Source: Somniosus microcephalus (taxonomy: Eukaryota). Taken from it: a stretch of 64,000 nucleotides of DNA. The position numbers and the translations under genes were made by a program. A model generated the notes under the pieces. That model searched no databases and was not told where the DNA came from. It was given only the letters and a program-made list of their open reading frames with translations. This document shows positions 26,136 to 37,957 of this stretch, piece by piece; the first letter of the stretch is position 1; each line of letters opens with the position of its first letter. Where the stretch lies: positions 124,001 through 188,000 of the forward strand of contig JBMRGM010000037.1 of the NCBI GenBank assembly GCA_052327205.1. Reading direction: 5' to 3'.

Positions 26136-27556
26136 ATGCAAATATTTAAGATATATTACAAATCGTTAAAAAATAAAATCAATCAATAATGCAAATATTA
26201 ACGATCTATTACAAATCAATAATAAATAATATTGCTCAATAATGCAATTATTAAAGATCTATTTCAAATCCATATGAAATAATATCAATCAATAATGCAG
26301 ATATTAAAAATGGATTACAAACCCTTAATAATAACATCAATCAATAATTCAGATATTAAACATCTATTACAAATCCATAATAAATCATATTGATCTATAA
26401 TGCAAATATTAAATTCTATTACAAATCCTTAATAAATAACATTGTTCAATAATGCAAGTATTAAAGATCTATTACAAATCTATAATAAATAACATCGATC
26501 AATAATTCAAATATTAAAGATCTATTACAAATCCTGAATAAATAACTTAAATAATGGAAATATTGAAGATCTATAGCAAATCCTTAATAAATGATATCAA
26601 TCAATAACACAAATATTAATGATCTATCACAAATTCGTAATAAATAACATCAAACAGTAATGCAAATTTTAAAGATCTATTACAAATCCTTAAAAAATAA
26701 CATCGATCAATAATTCAAATATTAAAGATCTATTACAAAGCTATAAAATAACATCAATGAAAAAACGAAATAATAAAGATCTATTACAAATCCTTAATAA
26801 ATAACTTAAATAATGGAAATATTAAAGAGCTATTACAAATTCTTAATAAATTATATCAATCTTTAACGCAAATATTAAAGATCTATTACAAATCCTTAAT
26901 AAATTACATCAATCAATAAATCAAATGTTAGATATATTACAAATCCATAATTAATAACATCAATCAACAATGCTAATATTAACAATCGATTACAAATATT
27001 TAATAAATATCATCAATCAGTAATGCAAATATTCAAGTTCTATTAAAAATCCATATTAAATAACATCAATCAATCATGCAAATATTAACGATCTGTTACA
27101 AATCTGTAATAAATAATATAAATCAATAATTATGCAAATATTAAAGATATATTACAAATCCTTAATAAATGACATCAATCAATAAAGCAAATATTAAAGA
27201 TCTATTACAAAACTGTAAAAAATATCAATTAATAATATAAATATTAAAGATCTGTTACAAATCATTAGTAAATAATATTAATAATTCAAGTATTAAATAT
27301 CTATTACAAATCCTTAATAAATAACATCAATCAATAATGCAAATATTAATGATCTGTTACAAATACACGAATAAATAATATCAATCAATAACTCAAATAT
27401 TAATCATCTTTTACAAATCCACATAAAAAATAACGTTCAATAATTCAAATATTAAAAATCTATTGCAAATCCATAATAAGTAATATCAGTCAATAATGCA
27501 AAGATTAAAGATCTATTGCAAATGCATAATATCAATTAATATTGCAATATTTAATA

Positions 27557-28195
27557 TCTATTAATATTAAATTTTAAATAATAAAATACTTCCCCCCTCC
27601 TCCCTCCCCTCCCCCCTCCCCCCCTCCCCTCTCCCCACTCCCCTCCCCTTCCCCCTCCCACCCTCCACTCCCACACTCCCCTTCCCTTCCCCCCCTCCCC
27701 TCCCCCCCTCCACTCCCCTTCCCCCCTCCACTCCCCTTCCCCCCTCCTCCCCCCTCTTCTTCCTCCCCTCTTCCCCCCAGTCGCTCTCTCTCTTCCCCCC
27801 AGTCGCTCTCTCTCTTCCCCCCAGTCGCTCTCTCTCTTCCCCCCAGTCGCTCTCTCTCTTCCCCCAGTCGCCCTCTCTCTTCCCCCCAGTCGCTCTCTCT
27901 CTCTTCCCCCCAGTCGCGCTCTCTTCCCCCCAGTCGCTCTCTCTCTTCCCCCCAGTCGCTCTCTCTCTTCCCCCAGTCACTCTCCCTCTTCCCCCCCAGT
28001 CGCTCTCTCTCATCCCCCCCAGTCGCTCTCTCTCTTCCCCCCCAGTCGCTCTCTCTCTTTCCCCCCAGTCGCTCTCTCTCTTCCCCCCCAATCGCTCTCT
28101 CTCTTCAACCCCCCCCGGCAGTCGCTCTCTCTCTCTCTTTTCCAACAACAACATGCCCTCGAAAAAGCCTCGGCACCGCCGGGCACTCCAGCTAG
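27557..28195 (+). mobile_element. Second non-autonomous Helitron (639 bp) filled with pyrimidine-rich repeats
   Basis: 5' TC(TATTAATAT), 3' hairpin GCCTCGGC-ACC-GCCGGGC (28167-28184) followed by CTAG. A|T target with no TSD. Interior is a C-rich tract plus ~22-bp CCCCAGTCGCTCTCTCTCTTCC repeats. Confidence 0.75.
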
Positions 28196-28334
28196 TCTAT
28201 TATAAATGCATTATAAATAATATTGATCAATATTGTAGATATTACAGATCTATGACAAATGCATTAGTTTTATATCTGAATAATAATTAATAGTATAATA
28301 TGTATAATAATATATAAATATGTACAGCATATAA

Positions 28335-28850
28335 ATATGAAGAATTTACAGCACAGAAACAGGCCTTTCAGCCCAACTGTTCCTAACGGTGTTTTCTCTC
28401 CACGACGAGACTTCTCCCACCATTCTTCATCTAACCTTATCAACATATGCTTCTAATCCTTTCTCCCTCATGTGCTTATCTATAATCTATGGTATTCGCC
28501 TCAACCTGTTCCTCTGTTAGCGAGTTCCACATTCTCAGCCCTCTCTGGGTAAAGAAGTTTCTCCTGAATTCCCTATTGGATTTTTAGTGACTATCTTATA
28601 TTGATGACCCCCTAGAACTCGCCTCGCCCACAAGTGGAAACATCTTCTCTACGTTGACATTCATAATATTAAAGACGGCCATCAGGTCCATCCCCAGCCT
28701 TCCCTTTTCTGGAGAAAAGAGTTCCAACCAGTTCATTCTTTCCTGATAGAGAGAACATCTCAGTTCTGGTATCATCTTGTAAATTTTTTTCCCACCCTCT
28801 CCAGTACCTCTACATTCTTTTTTGTAATTTGGAGAACAGAACTGTGCAGA
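28335..28850 (-). mobile_element. CR1 LINE 3' fragment
   Basis: ACAGCACAGAAACAGGCC 3' motif and decayed reverse-complemented ORF2 C-terminus. Confidence 0.7.
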
Positions 28851-28899
28851 GTAATGATCGAATAGCTATCACAAATGCATAACTTTTAAATCTGATCAG

Positions 28900-29070
28900 C
28901 CGTCCCTTCCTCGTCGCTGGGTCAAAATCCTGGTGCACCCTCCCTGACGACACTGTGGTAGTACCTTCTCCACACAGACTGCAGCGGTTTATCCTTCTCA
29001 AGGGCAATTAGGGATGGGCAATAAATGCTGGCCTTGCCAGCGACGCCCGCATACCATGAACGAATAACAC
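28900..29070 (+). mobile_element. 3' tail of a second CR1/L2-superfamily LINE family (family B) or its SINE partner
   Basis: TCGCTGGGTCAAAATCCTGG...ATAAATGCTGGCCTTGCCAGCGACGCCC...GAATAA, the same tail as at 34240-34420, 43780-43960 and 60620-60745. Confidence 0.7.
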
Positions 29071-29268
29071 AAATTAAATGTATATATAATGGGAAAGTAA
29101 GAATTTCAATTTACGCTCTGTTGGAACCTCACAATCCGGTTTCCGCCCCTGCCACAGCCCTGAAACAGCCCTAATCCAAGTCACAAACGAGAGGCGCCTT
29201 GTGAGATTTTGCTATGTAAAGACATTAAAAACACAGGGTGCAGTTGGTTTATAATGGAAATTACTTAC

Positions 29269-29302
29269 TGAGGTAACCGAGAATCAGCAGCAGAGTCCTC
29301 AT
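29269..29302 (-). CDS. First coding exon (signal peptide) of the uromodulin/GP2/OIT3-like gene; the whole exon spans 29318-29269
   Basis: Acceptor ttttcacttccag| at 29319, then GAGATGAGG start, MRTLLLILGYL + A, donor |gtaagt. Phase 1 joins exon 2 in frame (ATT = Ile), giving the hydrophobic leader MRTLLLILGYLIADS. Confidence 0.78.
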
Positions 29303-29540
29303 CTCACTGGCTGATAATCTGGAAGTGAAAACATGGAATTTGTATTAGTGTGAGTTGAGGGAATTGGGGATCAGAGGAATCTTTAAATAGGGAGTTGGAC
29401 AGGGAATCAGTGAGTGTATCTATTTATAATGGGGAAGCTGTATCTCTCTCCCTCACTGAGACCCTACAGACTTTAAAGGTAAACTCCACATTCCAACCCG
29501 ACCACAGCCCTCAAACTGCGCTAATACATTGTCTGCCGTG

Positions 29541-29632
29541 TCTCAGTTGGTAGCCCCCTCGACTCTGAGTCAGAAGGTTCAAGTCCCACTCCAGAGACTT
29601 GAGAATTCAATCCCTGCTGACACTCCAGTGCA
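29541..29632 (+). mobile_element. Old tRNA-headed (Deu-SINE-like) fragment
   Basis: CTCAGTTGGTAGC...GAGTCAGAAGGTTCAAGTCCCACTCCAGAGACTTGAG...GCTGACACTCCAGTGCA. Confidence 0.55.
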
Positions 29633-29635
29633 TGG

Positions 29636-30027
29636 GTGAGCTCTCCGTCTCTCCCTCACTGGGACCCTACAGACAGAGGCGAGCTCTACCACTCTCCCTC
29701 ACTGGTACCCCTACAGGCAGAGGTGAGCTCCAACTCACTCCCTCATTGGGACCCTACAGACAGGTGAGCTCTCCGTCTCTCCCTCACTGGGACCCTAGAG
29801 ACAGAGGTGAGCTCTGCGTCTCTCCCTCACTGGGACCCTACAGACAGAGATGAGCTCTGCGTCTCTCCCTCACTGGGACCCTACAGACAGAGATGAGCTC
29901 TGTGTCCCTCCCTCAGTGGGGCACCTACAGACAGAGGTGAGCTCTGCGTCTCTCACTCACTGGGACCCTACAGACAGAGTTGAGCTCTGCGTCTCTCCCT
30001 CACTAGGACCCTACAGACAGGTGAGCT
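29636..30027. repeat. ~43-bp minisatellite, ~9 copies
   Basis: Unit GAGCTCTGCGTCTCTCCCTCACTGGGACCCTACAGACAGAGGT. Confidence 0.93.
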
Positions 30028-30231
30028 TCACCTCCTTACATGTATTTGATAAACAAAAAATCCTTGACTCTCCTTCCAGTCTCCCGATAGAGACACCCTT
30101 CTAATATTCTAACACAGGTCTTTACTGAGTATTGGGACAGGACAAGCGGAACACACACCCCTGAGTCGCTACTTAGCATGTGGCAAACTTCTCAGCACGT
30201 TCTAAAAGTCCATTCATACATGACTGCTTAC

Positions 30232-30500
30232 CAGAGTCTCCAAATGGGGTGTCGCTGTGTGAGGTGCAGTGGGTTCAGATCACCTGCACCCTTCTCAGTC
30301 TCAGGTACAATCTGCTGTGTGCGGTGTCGGACTCAATGACAGATCTTCCACCAACACCTCCCACATCAGAGACACGTGTGACTGAGGGCAGTGCTGCTTG
30401 GCTGACAGAATATGGTTTAGTAATGTTTTATAATATGGCACAATCCATGCAAATTAAAGACTTTTAGTGAAATGATCGCAGCTAAACAAATAAGTAAACA
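30232..30500 (-). promoter_or_regulatory. Candidate promoter and non-coding first exon of the D8C gene
   Basis: Minus-strand TATAAAA (30432-30426), forkhead-like TAAACAAA/GTAAACA (30483-30500) and donor CTG|gtaagc at 30232/30231. The coding exon at 29318 has an acceptor, so an upstream exon is needed. Confidence 0.3.
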
Positions 30501-30664
30501 TATCTCCTGGTCCCATGGTAACCAGCTGGGCTTTGCTGCTGTAATATAACTTGTCTTCAGCTGCCCAGCATGAAGGATGCAGGGAGATTGGAACTGGGGA
30601 GGGTCTGAGCATTTTATGGTCAGTATTGATTAATGGTTTGTCTTTATTGGAAATTTAATTGGCA

Positions 30665-32060
30665 TAAGGACATAATAAATAGGAGCAGCAGTAGGCCATT
30701 TGGCTCCTCGAGCCTGCTCCACCATGTATTAAGAACATGACTGATCTTCCACCACAACTCCACCTTCCTGCACTATTCCCATATACCTTGGTTCCCTTAG
30801 TTCCCAAATATCTATCGATCTCAGCCTTCAGAATATGCATCGACTGAACACCACAGCCCTCTGGGGTAGAGAATTCCAAAGATTCACAACCCTCTGAGTG
30901 AAGACAATCCTCCTCATCACAGTCCTGGACGGTCGGCCCCCTTCTCCTGAGCCTATGACCCCTAGTTCTAGTCACGCCAGCCAGGCAAAAACAGTCTATC
31001 AGCATCTACCCTGTCAAGCCTTTTAAGAATTGTATACGTTTCAATGAGATCACCTCTCATTCTTCTAAACTCCAGAGAATATAGGCCCATTCGACTATAT
31101 TTCTGCTCATGGGACAGCCCTCCATTCCCAGTAATCAATCTAGTGAACATTCGCTGTATCCCCTCCAAGGCAAATATATCCTTCCTTAGATAAGGAGGCC
31201 AATATTGCACACTGTACTCCAGCTGCGGGCTCACCAAAGCCCTCTATTATTGCAGCAAGGCTTCCTTACTCTTGTTCTCAAATCCTCTTGCAATAAAGGG
31301 GAATATACCATTTGCCTTCCTAATTGCTTGCTCTACCTTCAAGTTAACTTTCTGCTACTCATGTACAAGGACCTCTAAATCCCTCTGAATACCAGAATTT
31401 ACTAGTCCCACAACTTTTAACAAATATTCTGTTTTTCCATTCTTCCTATCAAAGTGGATACTTCCACATTTCCACACATTACGCTCCATCTGCCACCTTC
31501 TTGCTCAATCAATTAACCAGTCTATATCGCATTGCAGCCTCCTTGTGTCCTCCTGACAATTTACTTTCCCAACTTTGTATCGTGTAGCAAACTTGGACGC
31601 ATTCCACAACCCCCTCATTTAAGTCATTGATATAGATTGTAAATAGCCGAGGCCCAAGCACTGATCCTTCCGACAATCCACTAGTTGCACCCAGTCATCC
31701 GAAATTGTCCCATTTATTCCTACTTCACCAGTTAGATTCCTGGGATGAGAGGATTTTCCTATGAGCAGAGATTAAGTCTAAAGGGGCTATATTATCTGGA
31801 CTTTAGAAGAATGAGAAGTGAACTCATTCAAACTTATAAAATGATAAAATCTAAATACACTACAGCCACTGGTTTCCCGCCTTATCTACCCTGGTAGTTT
31901 CGCCCTGAAAAATGTTAATATAATTATCAAACATAATTTACCTTTCATAATACTGTGCTGATTCTTCCTAACCATATTGTGAGTTTCCAAGTGTACTGTT
32001 AGCACATCCTTAATGATAGATTCTAGCAATTCCCCTCCTAAAGATATAAGGCTAACTGGG
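30665..32060 (-). mobile_element. CR1 LINE 3' portion (RT C-terminus), rearranged
   Basis: LEYSVQYWPPYLRKDIFALEGIQRMFTRLI...LYSLEFRRMRGDLIETY. A short plus-strand piece lies at ~31725-31850. Confidence 0.85.
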
Positions 32061-32485
32061 CACTGAGTGTTAATAAAGAATTATCACAGGGTAAATCCCT
32101 CCCATATCAGTAATGTGTCAGTAATGGACATTGTTCTATCAGTAACACACTCCAGTGTACAAATTACACTAATCCTTCGAGATATGCACGCTTGGTGATT
32201 CTTGACATTTAATTTAAGTACAGAGACCATCGCAGTCCCTTTACTGTCCCAGTGTTAGTGGGGGCGCAGCAGTCAGGGTCTGCGGCACTGATATCTGGTC
32301 AGGGGCCTCACTGTGCAGCATTTCTTCGTTACACATTCATTCTGCCAGCTCACTCTTTCTGCTCACTCTAGTTTGCATATGCTCCTAAATGTATGCCTCT
32401 GCTCTTTAAAATATATTTACCATGATTCCGATGTGAACAATGTATTATTGTCAGTTTGTCAGCATCATCTGACAAACATTACATC

Positions 32486-32945
32486 ATAGAATCCTAGAAT
32501 GATACAGCACAGAAGGAGGCCATTCGGCCCAGCGTGCCTGTGCCGGCTCTTTGAAAGAACTGTTCAATTAATCCCACTCCCCTGCTCTTTTCCCATAGTC
32601 CTGTAAATCATATCCCGTCAAAAATTCGCTTTGGAAGTTATTATTGAACCTGTTTCCACCGCCCATTCACGCAGCACATTGCAGATCACAACAACAAGCT
32701 GTGTAAGAAAATGTTTGTTCATGACGCCTCTGGTTCTTTTCCCAATCACATTAACTCAGTGTCCTCTGGTTACTGACCCTTCAGCCACTGGAAACAGTCT
32801 CTCCTTATTCACTCTATTAAAACCAGTCTTGATTGTGAACACCACTATCAAATCACCCGTAATCCTCCCTGTTCTAAGCAGACAAGTCACACATTCTCCA
32901 GTCTCGCCACATAACTGAAGTCCCTCACCCATGGCACCATTCTGC
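32486..32945 (-). mobile_element. CR1 3' fragment (paralogous copies at ~38495-39275, 41180-41640, 60470-61370, 62920-63390)
   Basis: ATAGAATCCTAGAATGATACAGCACAGAAGGAGGCCATTCGGCCC terminus; translation GDLI.VF.I..GF.RV..E.LFPVAEGSVTRGH. Confidence 0.85.
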
Positions 32946-32964
32946 TTCTGCCAGAAAACCAGCC

Positions 32965-34420
32965 TGTTCCATAACACTGGCATCTATCCGACAACGTAGA
33001 AAAATGCCCAGAAATGCCCTGTTCACAAAAAGCAGGACAGTTCCATTCCAGCAAATTACCGCCCCATCAGTCTACTCTAAATCATCAGCAAAGTGATGGA
33101 AGGTCTCGTCGACCATGCTAACAAGCAGCACTTGCTCACCAATTACCTGCCCACCGATGCCCAATTTGGATTTTGCCAAGACGACAGTGTTCCTTTCCTC
33201 ATTACAGCCTTGGTCCAAACATGGACAAAGGAGCTGAATGACAGAGGTGAGGTGTGTGTGACAGCCCTTGTCGGCAAGGCAGCATTTTACCGAGCCTGGC
33301 ATCAAGGAGCCCGAGTAAATTTGAAGTCAATGGGAATCGGGGGGACACACTCCACTGGCTGGAATCATACCTAGCGCCATGTAAGATGGTTGTGGTGATT
33401 GGAGGTCAATCATCACAGCCCCAGGGCAACGCTACAGGAGTTCCTCAGGGCAGTGTCCAAGGCCCAACCAAATTCAGCTGCTTCATCAATGGGCTTCAAT
33501 CCATCATAAGGTCATAAATGGGGATGTTCGCTGATGACTGCACAGTGTGCATTGCCATTCCCAAATCCTCAGAAAATGAAGCAATCCATGCCTGCATGCA
33601 GCAAGATCTGGACCACACTCAGGCTTGGGCTGATAAGTGGCAAGCAGTATTCGTGCCACACAAGTGCCAGGCAATTAATTTCTCCAACACCGAGCGTCTA
33701 ACCACTGCCCCTTGACATTCAACGGCATTACTATTGCCGAATCCCCCACCATCAATATCCATGGGGTCACCATTGACCAGAAACTTAACTGGACCATTCA
33801 CACAAATACTCTGGCAACAAGAGCAGGTCAGAGGCTAAGGTTTCTCCGGCGAGTGTCCACCTCCTGATTCCCTAAAGCCTTTCGACCATCTACAGGGGAC
33901 AAGTCAGCAGAGTGATGGAATACACTCCATTTGCCTGGATGAGTGCAACTCCAACAACACTCAAGAAGCTCGACAACATTCAAGACAAAGCAGGCCGCAT
34001 GATTGGTGCCACATCAACCAACATAAATATTCACTCCCTCCACCACCGGCATAGCATGACTGCAGTTACTGCCATCTACAAGATTCACTGTGGCAACTCG
34101 CCAAGCCTTCTTCGGCAGCACCTCCTAAACCCGCGAACTCTACCATCTAGAAGGACAAGGAGATAAGGCACAAGGCCACCACCTCCAAGTTCCACTTCAC
34201 ATCACATAGCATTCTGACGTGGCAATATATCGCCGATCCATCATCGTGGTTGGGTCAAATTCCTGGAACTCCCTTCCTAACAGCACTGAGGTAGAACCTT
34301 CACTACATGGACTGCAGCAGTTCAAGAAGGGGGCTCACCACCACCTTCTCAAGGGCAACCAGGGAGGTGCAATAAATTCTGGCCTTACCAGTGACACCCA
34401 CCTCCCATGAAGGAATAAAA
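32965..34420 (+). mobile_element. Family-B CR1/L2-superfamily LINE, RT half and 3' end (paralog at 42420-43960)
   Basis: NY.PISLL..ISK, DAQFGF, GVPQGSV.GP, MFADDCT, QAWADKWQ motifs; many stops and frameshifts. Confidence 0.85.
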
Positions 34421-34784
34421 TACAACTTCTGATATGTAGAGAAAACAAAGATGGATGCCCTTCAATTTGCCTCACTGGACCATTCTGCATCTGCCCGATT
34501 CCATTACCCAAAAATGCCCAATCAGCATCAATTCACTACTGACACATTACTGACATGGGAGTGATTCAACCTGTAAATATCTCTCGCCAGCAATCAATGC
34601 CTTTTTACAGTTCCAGCCTTGGTGATGCTTGATATTTAATTTAAGTACAGAAACCATCGCAGTCCCTTTACTGTCCCAGTGTTAGTGGGAGTGCAGCAGT
34701 CCATGTCTGGCACATTGATATCCGGTCAGCGGCCTCGCCGTGTCCCGTATCGTGGTTACACAAACACTCTCCCAGTCAGGCTCC

Positions 34785-35325
34785 CTCTGGAGTAACTGTG
34801 TCCAGTTCAGGGCCCCGCTCCTCAGGAAGGATATACTGGCCTTGGAGGGGGTGCAGCGTAGATTCACCAGAATGATACCAGGGGCTCAAAGGGTTAAATT
34901 ATGAGGACAGATTGTACAGACTAGACTTGTATTCCCATGAATATAGAAGATTAAGGAGTGAACTATTTGTAGTTATTAATACAATAGTGTAGCTAGAGAG
35001 AAACTATTTCCGCTGGTGGGGGGAGTCCAGAATAAGGGGGCATAATCTTAAAATTAGAACTAGGCCATTCAGTGGTGATGTCAGGAAGCACTTCTTCACA
35101 AAAAAATGTAGAGGAAATCTGGAACACTCTCCTCCATAAAGCTGTTGATGCTGGGGGTTAAATTCAAAATTTGAAAACTGAGATTGATTGATTTTTTGGG
35201 AGTAAGGGCATTAATGTTATTGACCAAGTCGAGTAAATGGATTTAATGTAAAGATCAGCCGTGATCTGACTGAATGCTGGAGCAGGCTTGAAGGGCTGAA
35301 TTGCCTCCTCCTGTTCCTCTGTTAC
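34785..35325 (+). mobile_element. CR1 3' fragment (paralogs at ~41895-42400, 44270-44830, 63670-64000)
   Basis: P.LRKDILALEGVQRRFTRMIPG...LYSL..RRL translation. Confidence 0.85.
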
Positions 35326-36044
35326 CATGTTTCTACGAACCTAAAGTTTCTCTCTCTGATTCCCCTCACTCTAGTTTGCATTAGCTGTGAAATGAGCACC
35401 GTGAGCTTCAGCAGATCTTATCCATGCTGCTGATCTGAACAGTTCATTGTTCTCAGTCTCTGAGCAGCCTCTGACAACCAACAAGCTCCCATCTTTTGAA
35501 GGCTGACATTGTGTTGCCTGCTGCACACAGCATACAACATTCAAATTATCTAACCACAGTGGAAGCAAACATCATGCAGACTCAGTAGTGACAATGGGTA
35601 CAGTGTGGCAGCGAGTAGCTTCCTTGTCTGCTGGAATTAACCCACGGGGATTCACAGATTCGGCAATGTGGGGAGAATTAATTTTGATGAATGTATCGGG
35701 GATCAAGTCTTGAACATAAGCTGATTGGGTGTGAGATGGAAAGTCAGTGTCAGCCCTTTTAATGCACACTGTAACACTGAGCAATCAGGTGCGATAAAAA
35801 GATTGAGGTCACTGAGGGTACGGTAGCATAGTGGGTATATCACTGGGATATTGATCCAGAGAACTAGAGCTTAAATCTCACACAGGAAATTTGAGAATTT
35901 TAATTTAATTTTCAAAATCTGGGTATGAAAAGTCTGCTATAAGCGAAAGTGGCTGACACATGGAGTAGATTTATCCTGTGAATATTATCTCGCTAACACT
36001 CAGTGGGAGGTTGTGCATCTGATATAGGTGAGATTTGAATCAAT

Positions 36045-37957
36045 CTGATTTGGGTGGCAGTTGTCTCTGATATGGGTGGGAGTTGTCTCTAATATGGGTG
36101 GGATTTGTATCTGATATGGGTGGGAGTTGTCTCTGATAAGGGTGGGAGTTTTCTCTGATATGGGGGGATTTGTATCTGATATGGGTGGGAGTTGTCTCTG
36201 ATATCGGTGGGAGTTGTCTCTGATATGGGTGGGATTTGTATCTGATATGGGTGGGAGTTGTCTCTGATATGGGTGGGAGTTGTCTCTGATATGGGGGGAT
36301 TTGTATCTGACATGGGTGGGAGCTGTCTCTGATATGGGTGGTAGTTGTCTCTGATATGGGTGGGAGTTGTCTCTGATATGGGTGGTAGTTTTCTCTGATA
36401 TGGGTGGGAGTTGTTGTCTCTGATATGGGTGGGAGTTGTCTCTGATTTGGGTGGGAGTTGTCTCTGATTTGGGTGGAAGTTGTCTCTAATATGGGTGGGA
36501 GTTGTATCTGATATGGGTGGGAGTTGTCTCTGATATGGGTGGGAGTTGTCTCTGATATGGGTGAGAGTTGTATCTGATATCGGTGGGAGTTGTATCTGAT
36601 ATGTGTGGGAGTTGAATCTGATATGGGTGGGAGTTGTCTCTGATTTGGGTGGGAGTTGTCTCTGATATAGGTGGGAGTTGTCTCTAATATGGGTGGGAGT
36701 TGTCTCTGATTTGGGTGGGAGTTGTCTCTGATATGGGTGGGAGTTGTATCTGATATGGGTGGGAGTTGTATCTGATATGGGTGGGAGTTGTATCTGATAT
36801 GGGTGGGAGTTGTCTCTGATTTGGGTGGGAGTTGCCTCTGATTTGGTTAGGAGTTGTATCTGATTTGGGTGGGAGTTGTCTCTGATTTGGTTAGGAGTTG
36901 TATCTGATTTGGGTGGGAGTTGTCTCTGATTTGGTTAGGAGTTGTATCTGTTTTGGGTGGGAGTTTTCTCTGATATGCTTGGGAGTTGTCTCTGATTTGG
37001 GTGGGAGTTGTCTCTGATTTGGGTGGGAGTTGTCTCTGATTTGGGTGGGAGTTGTCTCTGATTTGGGTGGGTGTTGTCTCTGATATGGGTGGGAGTTGTC
37101 TCTAATATGGGTGGGAGTTGTCTCTGATTTGGGTGGGAGTTGTCTCTGATATGGGTGGGAGTTGTATCTGATATGGGTGGGAGTTGTATCTGATATGGGT
37201 GGGAGTTGTATCTGATATGGGTGGGAGTTGTATCTGATATGGGTGGGAGTTGTCTCTGATATGGGTGGGAGTTGTATCTGATATGGGTGGGAGTTGTCTC
37301 TGATATGGGTGGGAGTTGTCTCTAATATGGGTGGGAGTTGTATCTGATATGGGTGGGAGTTGTGTCTGATATGGGTGGGAGTTGTCTCTGATATGGGTGG
37401 GTGTTGTCTCTGATATGGGTGGGAGTTGTATCTGATATGTGTGGGAGTTGTCTCTGATATGGGTGCGAGTTGTCTCTGATATGGGAGGGAGTTGTCTCTG
37501 ATATGGGTGGGAGTTGTCTCTGATATGGGTGGGAGTTGTATCTGATATGGGTGGGAGTTGTCTCTGATATGGGTGGGAGTTGTCTCTTATTTGGGTGGGA
37601 GTTGTCTCTGATATGGGTGGGAGTTGTCTCTTATATGGGTGGGAGTTGTCTCTTATTTGGGTGGGAGTTGCCTCTGATATGGGTGGGAGTTGTCTCTGAT
37701 ATGGGTGGGAGTTGTCTCTTATTTGGGTGGGAGTTGTCTCTGATATGGGTGGGAGTTGTCTCTTATATGGGTGGGAGTTGTCTCTTATTTGGGTGGGAGT
37801 TGTCTCTGATATGGGTGGGAGTTGTCTCTGATATGGGTGGGAGTTGTCTCTTATTTGGGTGGGAGTTGTCTCTGATATGGGTGGGAGTTGTCTCTGATTT
37901 GGGTGGGAGTTGTCTCTGATTTTGGTGGGAGTTGTCTCTGATATGGGAGGGATTTGT
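36045..37957. repeat. 22-bp minisatellite, ~85 copies
   Basis: Unit GATATGGGTGGGAGTTGTCTCT. Confidence 0.96.

Larger units (their letters stand above)
20772..28265. repeat. AT-rich ~53-bp satellite in five pieces (~20772-20828, 22910-23839, 24855-24894, 26136-27556, 28196-28265)
   Basis: Unit AATAAATAACATCAATCAATAATGCAAATATTAAAGATCTATTACAAATCCTT. The phase resumes across the Helitron and Penelope insertions. Confidence 0.92.

Noticed and set aside
35371-35784. Minus-strand ORFs in the duplicated block (paralog at 44867-45166)
   Set aside because: No recognisable domain, stops differ between paralogs, and one copy is interrupted by the Gypsy nest.
36045-37957. Telomeric or Ig switch-like repeat
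   Set aside because: The unit is a 22-mer with only occasional TTAGGA and almost no AGCT motifs, and no Ig exons are nearby.
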